DNA of 64,000 bases from Eledone cirrhosa (taxonomy: Eukaryota). Positions 12,788 to 25,842 of this stretch are shown here, one piece after another. Numbering within the stretch: position 1 is the first letter of the stretch; each line of letters starts with the position of its first letter. The stretch covers positions 78,988,001-79,052,000 of the forward strand of contig OZ024742.1 in the NCBI GenBank assembly GCA_964016885.1, read 5' to 3'. Made by a program: the position numbers and the translations under genes. The notes beneath the pieces are model-generated. The model saw only the letters and a list, made by a program, of their open reading frames with translations. It did not search any database and was not told the DNA's origin.

Positions 12788-14223
12788 TCATCATCATCAT
12801 CATCATCAACGTTTAACGTCCGTGTTCCACGCTTGCATGGGTTTGGACGGGGGTAGTCCCACTTGAGGCAAGAGTGATTGTCTTGCTCGCATAGGACTGT
12901 CTGGCAGATTTTCTACAGTTGGATGCCCTTCCTAACACCAACCACATTTACAGTGTGGGTCTGGGAGGTTTTTACCGTGTTGCCTACACGGCCACATTAC
13001 AGCGTGGACTGTGTGTTTTTTTGTCGTGACACCTACACGATCTCGTTTGTTTCGGCCTGGATGGCGCGGCACCAACATAACTTTACATGGAACGGGGTGG
13101 TGTGGATGGGGTGGGGGTGGTGGCGGGACGGGGTGTAGTTTGTTAGAGATGCCTACTGGCAAGGCGGGTCTTCTCTGTTACTGAGTACCGCCAAAGGTCA
13201 CGGTCCAGTGACATTGTCTTGGAGAGGTGTAAGTGTATGAGGTCGGAGTTTATCAGCTCATCCCATGTTTTTCTAGGTCTGCCTATTCCGTGGCTACCGT
13301 CTATCTTTATTGCCCTGCACTTTGTAATACAGCTATCGACTTTCATGCGCATCACGTGTCCATACCAACGCAGCCTTCTCTCGAGTAAACAACATCTGAT
13401 CCCTCTTATCTCTAATTTTTTCCTTAGTTCGTTTATGCTTTGCCGTTCACGTATATTACTGTTACACATCCAGCGGAGCATGCAAGCTTCGTTCCTCTCT
13501 AGTCTGCGTATATCCTCTGCACACAATGCCCAGGTCTCACTACCATGCAACATTGCTGTTCGTATGCAGGCATCGTACAACCTGCCTTTCATTTTTAGGG
13601 AGAACCCTTTAGCAGCTAATAGTGGTATAAGCTCTCTGAACTTTTTCCAACCAGTTCTGACTCTAGCTACAGTACTTTCAGAGCACCCTCCCCCACTGCT
13701 GATTTTATCGCCCAGGTAACGGAAGCTGTCCACTATTTCTATAGAACCCTCTGCGCAATTGAAAGAGCTAGTATTTTGTGGGCACTTGCTGCTACTTATT
13801 GCACCAGAACATCGGCCACATGTAAAGTCTATGTTCTTAGTTAGCTTACCTGTGATCCCACTACATCTTTTATGCACCCATACTTTGCATTTAGGACATA
13901 AGATGGAGTTTCTACCTACGCCTTTCCTACATACCGAGCACGACCATTTCCCAGAAGGGACCGCCGCCTTGTTTTCTTTCCTACAAACTAGAACTTTGGT
14001 CTTAGCCAGGTTAATTTTAAGTCCTTTTGACTCTAGGCCGTGCTTCCATGTTTGGAATTTCTTCTCTAGCTCGGCCATTGATTCCGCTATGAGTGTCAGG
14101 TCGTCTGCGTATAGGAGTTCCCATGGGCAGCCTGTCTTGAACTCCTCTGTTATAGCCTGAAGGGCAATAATAAATAGTAGGGGGCTGAGAACAGAGCCCT
14201 GATGGACGCCAACTTTTACGCTA

Positions 14224-14226
<3 letters not shown>
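12788..14226 (-). mobile_element. RTE LINE family 1, 5'-truncated
   Basis: ORF 13143-14270 nearly identical to the 4.8-kb copy; (ATC)n tail on plus strand. Confidence 0.95.
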
Positions 14227-14262
<36 letters not shown>

Positions 14263-14829
14263 GCACTCACATGAATATATATACATCATCATCATCATCA
14301 TCGTTTAACGTCCATCTTCCACGCTTGCATATATATATACACACACACACTGAGGTAGAGGGGTATTTTGTTCTACCCTTGGGGTTAACTTTGTACCATT
14401 TTTGTTGTTGTTGCTGTTCATGTATATATTTTTTTCCTTTTTTTTAAAAATAGATATCTTCTTTCTTGTGTTTCTGTAATGTTTCAGTTATTTTTCTTTT
14501 TGTTGGTTTATTTTTTTTCTTTTGCTGTATTTAACTTGCAGAAGAAATATTAACAGCAGACAAGACAAGATGTTTTGGAAAGATGACAGATGTTGAATAT
14601 ATATCTCTTTATCTTACAACATTTTAGGCGGTGGCAGGGAGGGGGCTTATGATAATGATATTATTACTAATATTATTCTAGTTGCTGTTATTGTTATTGG
14701 TAGTGTCAGATATTTTAAGTCAATGTTTTTCTCAGTTATTATATTTTCTATACACCAAATTTGAAAATGGTAAGATAATTGACTGAACATGAGTTGTACA
14801 CTTCTTTTTCTACCTTCTATTTACTCTTG

Positions 14830-15268
14830 GGACTGTACTATATTCTTTAGAACTCTATTGTATTTTTCAGTACTATAATATACTCTACAGTGCTGTGTTA
14901 TACCATACTGTGCAGTACTACACTGAGCTGTATACTGTTATGTTATAATGTACATTACAGTCCTGCTCTATATTACACTATACAAAAATAGTATGCTGCA
15001 TTACATTGTATAATATTTTACTGTACTATACTATACTATGAAGCATTTTACTTAACTATATTGCACTGAGCTACTGTATTGTGCTGTCATAATATATTAT
15101 TTACTGTAGAGTATTTACTGTGATATACCATATTATGCTGTAGAGTATTGTACTGTACCATATTATACTGTAAAGTATTGTGTTGTGTTATACAATATTA
15201 TACTGTAGAGTATATACCATATAATACTGTGTTATACCATATTATACTGTGATATACCATATTATACT
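14830..15268. repeat. Degenerate TACTG/ATATT-rich tandem repeat
   Basis: Recurring TATACCATATTATACTGT-like units. Confidence 0.7.
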
Positions 15269-15269
15269 G

Positions 15270-15662
15270 GAGGCACATGGCTTAGTGGTTAGAGCATTGG
15301 CCTTGCAATCGAAAGGTTCTGAGTTCAATTCTCAGACCAGGTGATGTGTTGTTTCCTTGACCAGGTGATGTGTTGTTTCACTTTATTTCACATTGCTCCA
15401 GTTTACTCAGCTGTAGAAATGAAATGGGACCCCAGTCCCTATCATTCCACTGCAAAGTGGTCGTGGAGGTGCCACGGCAAAAAAGCACCCAGCCCACACT
15501 GTAAAATGGACGTGTAGGTGCCACGGAAAAAAGCACCCAGCACTCACTGTAAATGAGGTTGGTGTTAGGAAGGGCATCCAGCTGTAGAAATCAAGCCAGA
15601 ATCAGTTCCTGTCCCACCCTTGCAAGCAGGGAAAAGCGGATGTAAAATGATGATGATGATGA
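15270..15662 (+). mobile_element. Family C SINE, second copy, with an extra ~46-bp tail unit and a short internal duplication
   Basis: Homologous to 12045-12400; GACCAGGTGATGTGTTGTTTC duplicated. Confidence 0.85.
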
Positions 15663-16059
15663 ATCTGTACTGTAAAAAGCTAGTTCTGTCCACATCTAAA
15701 TGACTAAGTTAGCGACAAAAAAAATACAGTGACTTCCAGAACAAGATTTATTTGCTTGTCATGGAATTTCCATAGGAGAATACAAACGTGGTTCCCCATT
15801 GTCTTTACTATTTCTCACAGAACACATTCTTGTCAGCTAGATATAGATGAGTTAGCCACACCTGCTGCTTTCACAATAAAATGCATCCATTACATTTGGT
15901 AAAATGAGTAGAAAATAAATAGAGACTATTAGAGAGATCGCTGAAGCGTTGCTGAGACATACAAATACCATCTTAATGAGGAAATAACAAATCTAGTAAA
16001 TCCCTCCAAATTCTTCAAATACAGTGTATTTCAATAGAAACATGATAATGAAAGGGTTA

Positions 16060-16259
16060 CTGTATTTACTTGAATATAAGCCAGGGAATATGTGACCAAA
16101 AAAATCAATGGTAAACTGGGGGTGGAGGGGGCTTATAAAACAATGTGTTTGATTAGCTGCTTTGGCTTATAAAAGGGTTTGGATGTTTGCCCATTTCTCA
16201 AACCAAAAATAGTGGGGGTCAGCTTATATTTGGATCAGCTTATGTTCCAGTATGTATGG
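16060..16259. mobile_element. Tc2/pogo-type MITE
   Basis: TA-flanked degenerate TIRs CTGTATTTACTTGAATATAAG / CTTATGTTCCAGTATGTATGG. Confidence 0.6.
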
Positions 16260-17897
16260 TAAATATGTATAAAATAATATTTTCAAAGGCCTGAAACATT
16301 TGTAAGAATAAGAATGAGAAATAGTGGCTTGGCTAGTTCTAGTTAGATGATGGTAAGCAGATAATACTTCTTTTACAGAAGATGCCATAATATTCTTGGT
16401 AATATGCTCATAATACTTCTGATAACTAGCTGAACTGAAATATGTCTGCGTATGTTTCTATGCATATGTATGTATGTACTAATGTATGTTTCTATGTACA
16501 TACATGTACAAAACAAATAGATCCTAAATTTTTTTATAAATGAGTTTTATTACATCAACTGAATTACCTGCCTATTATTAATGTATAAATGATATGTATT
16601 CCACAGACACGTGAACCCATATTGCAATCCCCAGACAGAATCAGCTTAATATAGAAGGTGACATAGCTGAACCTTTAAATTACAGGTACAATCAAAATAG
16701 TTTCCTTCTACCCAATCTCAATAAGGCAAGTCAAAGGCTCTTGTTCAAGATGCCATGTAAATAGGATCATCTTAACCAGTCAAGTACTCTTTTTTGCTTA
16801 CTTGATAAAGCAGAATATACACAGAAATACCCTCACACTATAATAAGGTTTCATAAATTATGGTTTTTTTTTTATACAAGTACCAAACTAGCTATCTAAT
16901 TATCTGGCAAAAATAATTACAAACTTGACAATAATACATGAAAATATGTATCTTTTTCATACCAAACCATCTGAAATCACCCATTTGTTAAATTACATTC
17001 TAAACACCAACTTTATAATAAGAAAATTAGTTATATTATTAAATCCCTCAAAATTGTTGGCTATTTTCAAAATTAATTGAAAATCATAGATAGTGTCTTT
17101 CATTAGAAATATGGTAACAACAAGATTCAAGAAAACCATAACTGATTTCTCTCAGAAGTCTCACCAGCTGTCTTCAACAGACTAGATGTCTAAGTAGGTA
17201 AGTTAGCTTCTAGCACTTATACATAAACTTATGTGTAGATATATATACATACAGGGGAAAAGGTCATTAAATGATGATGACGATGATGAAAATGTGTGTG
17301 TGTGTAGACATAGAAATTGTAAATTGGCAATAGAAATATATACAGGAATATGTTGTCTAGGCTCGAGGCCTTAATAAAAAAGAAATGGATATTGATACCA
17401 ATAAAAGAAAACCAGAAAAATTACGCAAAGTAAACAAGCTAAAACAATATAACAATAAAAATTCTAAGTAAAGCTTTAAAAACATTAAAGTACTTCAAAT
17501 ACATTTAGATGTTGCTCAAACATGGCCTTTCTATAATGGTTTTATGCAATAGGCAGCTAAGGTGTGAGTCAGTACATACATTTTGTTATTTGTCATGGGT
17601 GACCCCCCCCCCCCCAAAAAAAAAAAACATGTCGGTAGCTAGAATAGTTAAAATGTATTTTTAACTCACATGTACTTAGTCTCCCTTTCACAGTATGGGG
17701 ATACAACAAATATCTGTGTATATTTGTGATGGGAAGTGCAAAGGTGTGGAGCATGAGTGTGAAAGAACAGATAATGAATACATGTCTAAGATAAAGTGTG
17801 TGTGCATGCTTGCTTTTATAGGTGGAAGGAAAACTATATGCATATGTGGATGTAATCAATTGTTAATGAATATGTAAACAATTTTGATAATATATAT

Positions 17898-18077
17898 AAT
17901 TGTTTCTACTTTAGGCACAAGGCCAGGTATTACCCAGTACATTACTGGTACTTTATTTTATCGACCTCGTAAGGATGAAAGGCAAAGTTAACCTCGGCGG
18001 GATTTGAACTCAGACTGCAAAGGGACGTAACTATGCTAGAAAGCATGGCGTCCAACCCTCTACCGATACTGCCAATT
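17898..18077 (-). mobile_element. Family M SINE
   Basis: Reverse complement of full family M sequence. Confidence 0.85.
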
Positions 18078-18164
18078 CATCGCACTGAATGTAATACACA
18101 CACAGACATCATCATCATCATCAATATTTTTACATGCTTGCATGGGTTGAGTGTGAGTAGAATG

Positions 18165-18218
<54 letters not shown>

Positions 18219-18350
18219 CAAGAAGCTTATGAGAATAGATATGCAGATTAAGAGACATATATTAATTTGTAGTTACATAACATTAAGCTGAAATTTTACA
18301 CTTCATATGTAGAAACACATGCAGACATGCAAACATTTCTACTTCAATAG

Positions 18351-18393
<43 letters not shown>

Positions 18394-18394
<1 letters not shown>

Positions 18395-18577
18395 CGAAGG
18401 AAGTGTGGTAAGGAACCAGGTGGACCATAACGCACCAGAGTACTCAATACTTAGGGTAGTAGAGTGGGAAATAAGCAAAAGTATGACCCCGACGGCAGAG
18501 CTCAAGCCGTTTCTATCAGTCCAGAAATAGCCATCGAAACGGCTTGAGCTCTGCCGTCGGGATCATACTTTTTCCTA
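18394..18577 (-). mobile_element. Penelope-like family B short fold-back insertion
   Basis: Homologous to 30555-30693; inverted arms around ~18517; (TA)n both sides. Confidence 0.75.
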
Positions 18578-18717
18578 TATATATATATATACATAGCTAC
18601 ATATATTTCATCGAGATCTGAATCACATACCTACTCATTTGCATACACAAAAATACTTATTTTATATCAAAATACATAAGACTTTGCTTATAAACTTAAG
18701 TAGACACACACACACAT

Positions 18718-18775
<58 letters not shown>

Positions 18776-18826
18776 ATAAATGTATATATATAGATAGATA
18801 GATAGATAGATAATATTTATATATAT

Positions 18827-18979
18827 TTTATTTTATCGACCCCGTAAGGATGAAAGGCAAAGTCAACCTCAGTTCAAATCCCGCCGAGGTTGACTTTGCC
18901 TTTCATCCTTACGGGGTCGATAAAATAAAGTACCAGTAATGCACTGGGTAATTGCTGGCCTTGTGCCTAAAGTAGAAAC
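18827..18979 (+). mobile_element. 5'-truncated family M SINE with inverted duplication at its 5' end
   Basis: 18827-18870 is the reverse complement of 18886-18929; 15-bp TSD AATATTTATATATAT (18812-18826, 18980-18994). Confidence 0.85.
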
Positions 18980-21271
18980 AATATTTATATATATATAAAC
19001 ATAAATATATATGAAAATTCATAGTTACATACACACAATTGTACAAACCCCAGCATGCAAACATCCACCAATCCATACAGATACACATGTAAACAGACAT
19101 TCATCTAAACATATACCCCCACCCCACCCCCACCACCACCACCACCACCACCAACATTCTAATTCCTTTGCACTTAGGTGAACTTAGATGTCTTCTAGAC
19201 TAAATTCTTGCTCTTCTGTTGTTTGTTGTTGTTGTTGTTATTGTTAGTATTACTGTATTTGTTGTTGCTGCTGCTGTTGCCTTTACTAAGCAATTTTATT
19301 GTTGCAGTTGCTGGTGTTTGTAAGAGATTGATGCTTCTTCAAACCCACCGACATCAACATAGACAGCAACATCAACAACACTTCTAATAGTTATATATTC
19401 ATTTTAGTTTGTTCCATTTTTTTGCTTCCAGTTTCACCAACTCTAAATATTTCCATTAGGAAAGCTAGTATAAATTCGGAAAACTAGCATTAAAGGGAAA
19501 GTTGAAATACAGAAAACTTTTATACACACTCACTAATATACACATTCACATATATTCACACACACTCTCATATAGACAGTCATATTCACACAATCTCTTA
19601 TACACACACATTTTCATCCATAAAGTCCCTTACATTTACACACACACACACACACACACACATTCAGTCTCTCTCCCTCTCTCCACACAGAAAGCCATAT
19701 ACTTTGTTAGAGTGAGAACTACTCATTTTTTGTGTGTGTTAGATGTAAACAGAAAACAAATCAAAATAAACTAGCAGTAAATACACTGATCAAGACAAAA
19801 AAAAATAGTTAAATAAAACAACTATAACCACAACAACCGGAAAAACAATGTGGTGTGATCGAACAGCAATGTGAACAACAGTATTAACAAGATTAGCAAC
19901 ATTAGTAAAGGACTAAAATAACAACAACATCAAGAATTACATGTCTGTATTTATTGTAGCGGAGTAGTAAATAAGTGAATTAGAGTGTTTGAAAGCCTAT
20001 TTTGTTATTGTTGTTGTTGTTGTTGTTTAGCCATGAGTCAGCTGCTGTGATGGAGCAAACCTATGATCAAAGAAGTTTCAGCTGTTACCAATTTATTGTT
20101 TTCTTTCATTTCTTTTTCAGATGCACCATACTTTAAACTACATTATCCAATGTGTCCTTCCTTTTTTTAAGTTGATTGAATGTTATTTGAGGGAAATTTG
20201 GCTGATATTTCTAGCAGAGTATGCATCCACATAGAGGTTCAATACATAATACGAGAAAGCTTACATTTGAAATGATGGAATGCTATTTGAGGGAAACTTG
20301 GTTGATATTTCTAGTAGAGCAATCATCCACATACAAGCTCACTATTTGATCTGAGAAAGCTTACATTTGAAATATGTTCTAAATTCAATCCAAGTTCATA
20401 TGTGAATTAAGAGAAAGTAAGATAGAGGAACAGAAATATCAAAAATCATACCATATTGTGGACACAGACAGTTCACTTTGTAACCATATGGTTTCAAATT
20501 GGATCTCACTGCACAATAACTTGGACAAGTGTCTTCACTAATAATAAAAACTAAGGTTGTTATTCAAATCCCATCTTTAATTTTAACAACTTTCTGTAGA
20601 GATAAATGCAGTGCCAGTACATAGAATCATTGAGTCAAATAATTAATAATAGATGACTATTCTACACTAATTATATATGTGAATATATATATACTTATAT
20701 ATATATATATCCTTGCAAGCAGGGAAAAGCAGACGTAAAATGAAATGATGATATATATATAAAGTGAGTTGGCCCATGGCAACCCAACCAACAATGCCTG
20801 CATGGAAGGTGGATGTAAATTGAGAATGTTGATGATCTGGATTTATATGTCTGACTAAACCTTTTAAGGATACCTGCAGTCCAACGACTGAACTGAGTAA
20901 AGGATTAACCCTTTCATTACCCCAATACTAATGAAAAGATATAGCCTATTATATTCTAATCATTTGGAAAATAATAAAACTTTCTCAATATTAGGTGGTA
21001 TTTGGAACATAACTTAAATATTCTTACAAAAAATATTGATGAAAGATTTTGAACCAAATATGAACAGCTTTACTATCATACAAACAGAGCAGTTTTCAGC
21101 AGGTCTGTATGGATAAAAAAAATTATGTAGAATGGGAATTGATGAATCAAAGAGCTTCTGGAATAGCAAACTGATTGTGGGAACCAAATATATATGTAAT
21201 GAGGAAAGAGAAATGATCAATAGACGTGACTAGTTAATGGTTCTTGGGCTACAATGACTATTACAAGGTGT

Positions 21272-21512
21272 TAACCATTTTTATACCAAACAACCTGAAA
21301 ATGCCCTGGTTCTATGTTGTTAGATTGTTTATTTCAAAGTGTTTCTATTTATCTAGAAACTTCCATCATAATTTTATGTAAGAAACTTCATTAAGATATG
21401 CTCTATATACCAGATAAAGTAAGTTACTAACTCCTTTGAAATTTTTTATTTTTCAAACTTTTGTGAAAAACAGGCTATCTCATCATGAGAAATATAGTAT
21501 TGAAATGGTTAA
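21272..21512. mobile_element. Old TTAA-flanked MITE family (related copies near 15960, 16955, 20905, 22230, 38370, 44995)
   Basis: TTAACCATT...AATGGTTAA ends; shared degenerate internal motifs. Confidence 0.5.
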
Positions 21513-22064
21513 ACAGAAATTAACTTCTGGTAAATAAAATTATGTTCTGGTTTGAATTTTCAATTTTTGGCTTGAGTGAGAGTGAGAATAGCAATGATGG
21601 TGTTGATGGTGTGTAACTGATGATGATGGGGGTGGAGATAAAAATGGTACCAGGGGATGATAAGAATGGCAATGATGATGGTGTTGGTGGTGGTGAGGAC
21701 TGTGATGATGGCAACAATAATGATGAGAATGGGAGAAGTCGTGGTAATGATAACAATATTGGTAGTAATAGGAGCAATAATGACACTGATAACAGCTGTG
21801 CTGTTGCTGCTGCTGAGGATGACGATGATGATGATGCAATATCTTTTAATACTGACAAACAACAACAACAACAACAACAACAAAAAACATGTCAGAAGTA
21901 ACAAATATAAATAGAAAGGAAAAAAATCTACAGTAAAATCAAAAACCATATGAATATTTGCAAACACAAATGAATAAATAAATAGACCTCCCACTACTCT
22001 CACCATTACATTAGATGGATTTGAAGAGATTCACTTTTAAAGGAAAATATTCTGTAGGCCATAC

Positions 22065-22083
22065 ATGCAGCGTTATCCATTTG
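22065..22083 (-). CDS. Candidate 19-nt microexon (QMDNAA + 1 nt if phase 0)
   Basis: Minus strand: cttaac branch-like site, ttctatttccacAG, CAAATGGATAACGCTGCAT, GTATGG donor. Confidence 0.35.
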
Positions 22084-23286
22084 CTGTGGAAATAGAATCA
22101 ACCAGTGTGAGTTAAGTGGAAACAACAGGATATATTAATGTGTGTGTGTGTCTTGGGGAAAGTTGCAAATGGAGGAAAGAACATACACGAATGCATGCTG
22201 AGTGTGTATGTGAGAGTAAAATAACATGTTGAATCCTTTCATTACCATATCTGCAATGAAAAACATCACCAATGATTTTCAAATAATTTTGAAAATAATC
22301 AAGAATTTGGAGAGATTTGGTAATAGACATAACTTCTACATTTTAAAGCGGGGGTTTGGAACATAACTTAAAGGTTCTTACATAAAATTATGACAGAAGG
22401 CTTTCAGGTAAATATAAACATTTTTATATTATAAAATCAAGTGCCGGTGGATAGGAGATGTCAGACATTTCATCAAATAGGTTACTGTGTATGAGAGAGG
22501 AAATCAAGAGTGGGGAGCAATGTGTATGTGTGTGTGTGTTTATTGAGAAGGATGTAAGTGTATGTGTAGTGATATGTAAAAGTGTGTGTGAGAAGGAAAG
22601 ATAGGTAGGAGAGATTTGAGGTGAGCTGTCAATTTATTCATGAGGGCACTCAGTTTACTAGAGTAAAAAAATATTTACAAGTGTTTGAGAGAGAAAGAGA
22701 GAGAGAGTGTCACACTGGGACACAGAGGAATAGAAACAAAAAGACAGATAGAGACAGAGACAGGAAGAGGGGAGAAAGACAAAATGAGGGGATATATGTA
22801 TATGGGAGAGTAAAAATGGGTTTAGGTAATGTGTGTGCGTGTATGATGAATGGCAGAAATACTCCCCAATGTCAACACTAAATGATTCCATTTCTACATA
22901 ATGCATGAATATCAATGCAGCCATATAAAACATAGGAGACAAAATTCATTTAAAAAAGAAAAAAATGCTCAACAACTATCAATATTCTCCTCCTCCGTCT
23001 TCTTATTTAGTATTAGTATTAGTATTATCATCATCATCATCTTCATAACTATTTTAAAATATAATTTTAATATTTTTATTTCAAATACCACCTTTGGCTG
23101 CTATTGCATAAATGGATATTTTTCTTCAAGAACCTAATGCCGAATATTAAGAACCATGGAAGGCAGCCAAGTACAAAGACTCATAAGAAAAATTTAAGAA
23201 TTGAAATACACAAAAAATAAAACATTGATATACATTATATATATGTGTGTGTGTGTGTGATGTTATGTATGATTGTATGTATGTGC

Positions 23287-23320
<34 letters not shown>

Positions 23321-25566
23321 AAAGAATCTTTGGAATGTAAAACTGAATATATCAGGTAATTTAAAATAAACTGAAATTTCTCTTTATACACATTCTCCTA
23401 CATACATACTGTCTCACAGCAAATAATAATAATGATGATGATGATGATGATGATAATGATAATAATAATGATTTATAATAATCAAAAAAATTTTAAACAG
23501 AAATTTGCAGGAAATTATGGAATACCACATGAGGATATTCCCTGCTAAGAAAGAGATTAGTCAGTTGTGAATTATGGAATTTCTTTTGAAATTCTTCCAT
23601 TTTTATATTCATTTTCTGCCCTTTTTAAAAATATTTAATTATAATTTTTATTTTTACAATTACTAATTTCATTTTATCCCCTTACACACACACAGAGGCA
23701 CACACATGTGTGAATATAAATGCCTAAATGCATCAGGTCTATGTATGCATGCATGTAGGCAGGCATGCATGCATGCCTGTGTGCATGCATACATGCAGTT
23801 CCTCACTAATTTCCATGCTTCAGTGATACTGCATCTTAAACAGAGTTTTACTTGAATGCACCCAACAGTTACATGAAAGGTAAAGGGTGGTGGTGGTGGT
23901 GGTATGGTGCCACAGTTGAATGGGTATCAATGCAGTACTCTCACGTCCTATCACCCACATCACATCACGTGAGATTTGCATTATGCGACAAAATTTGGCA
24001 CAGAAGGTGTGTGGGAAGGTGAAATTTGCTGCTGTTATCAATATCCGTTGTTGAGTTACATTAACTTCACTTAAATCCACATGTCTTGCATGTCAAAATT
24101 AGAAACAAAATAATCTAGTAGATATAGTATTAAGCTGGTTGTAGTTGGGTGTAGGGATTAAATTCACTGCAGCTCTTTCATTGAGTATTAGATCAATAAA
24201 CATTGGTATAAAGGAATTTGGTAGACAGAAACTGTAAAAAAGCCTGTCATATATAATAAACATTGGTATAAATATAAGAAGTTAAATTCTATCTTCATGA
24301 CCAAGAGTTTTGAAACAAAAACAGGTATTCCATTTACAAATTTATAGTCTATGAATTTGCTGATGTACTCAGAGCATCTAATAAAGAAGTTGATGTTAGG
24401 AAGGTCATCATGTTACACAAGCCATGCCAACAATGGAATATAAGAGCATAATGTCATATTCTGATCAGTCTAGATTTTAGGTGGGCAATAATTTTAACCT
24501 ATTACTGATTGGACTACTGATTACAGCAGACATAGTCTTTTAAATACTAGTAGTTAGCCCATTGTTTTACAGGGAGAATAAACATTATTTGGATTCTACA
24601 AAACATTATAACAAAGCTATATTTATGGATTGTATATAAGACAGACAAACAACACCATTGGCAAAGAACATATTAGAACATTTCTCCCTACCCCTTTTGT
24701 TTTACATCTGTTTCATCTATTCTAAAATTAAAATGTTTGAACATCTTTGACAAAATGCAGCATTATACAGTTTTAATGCAGATTACCTTCAATGGACTGC
24801 TATCCTACCCAGGGAAATACCTATCAACCCTTAATTCTACAAAACCAGTTATATGCTAAATTTTAAATTAAAAAATTCTTGAAAGTTTTTGACAGAATGC
24901 ACCATTTGTGTGACAGATTGTATGGTAATAGATTACATTCAATGAACTGGCATCCTATCCAGGGAGATACTTATCTATCATCCCCATAATCATCACTGTT
25001 TAACGTCCATTTTTCCATGCTAGCATGGGTTAGACGAGTTTTCCCTTTTGAGACAAATCTGGTCAGGTGACCATATCTTGCTCACACAGAACTGTTAATG
25101 CTACAAAAACAGGGCTATGCTCTGACCCTAAAGAACCCCATATAATTTCTCTATTAACACTTCACATTGATTGTGTGCATATTGAGTTTATGATCTTTTA
25201 CAAGAATTGTATTTCTTTGATTTAGTCATCTTTTGGTTCTTGTGTGAAATGAAAACAGGTTGGTGGGATAGGAAGGAATGTGCTAGATTTATGAGTCCTA
25301 CAGAAAAAAATTCTTGTTTTTTTCATTATCATCAATTTTACATGTTTTTTTTTTCTGCTTCCATGAGATGGGTGAAATATTTAAAGACAGAATTCTATGG
25401 ACAAGCTTCAGGGGGATTTTCTTTTAAAGTAAAGATCTGCATGTTTAACTGCTGAACAGTAGGATCTGTCTTTATGTAGAATATGAACATTAAAAAAGTA
25501 TCATTACCTGTAATGTTAAATGCAAAGAGAAGAGACAAACACTCAAGCATGAACACACGTACATAC

Positions 25567-25605
<39 letters not shown>

Positions 25606-25842
25606 TACTGACTGTAAATGAGGTTGGTGTTAGGAAGGGCATCCAGCTGTAGAAACCGAGCCAAAATCAATTCTGTATGAGCAAGACATGGTCACCTGAC
25701 CTAACATTGCCCACAACAAAACAATTTGTCTAACCCATGCCAGCATGGAGAAATGGCCGTAAAACAATGATGATTATTATATATATATCAGTACAAGGGC
25801 GGTGCTCCAGCATGGCCTCAGCCGGATGGCTGGAACAGCAAG

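Noticed and set aside
14500-14600. Plus-strand acceptor-like tracts (also near 19432 and 20120)
   Set aside because: No convincing paired donor or frame; 20120 lies in a dispersed repeat; expected by chance in T-rich DNA
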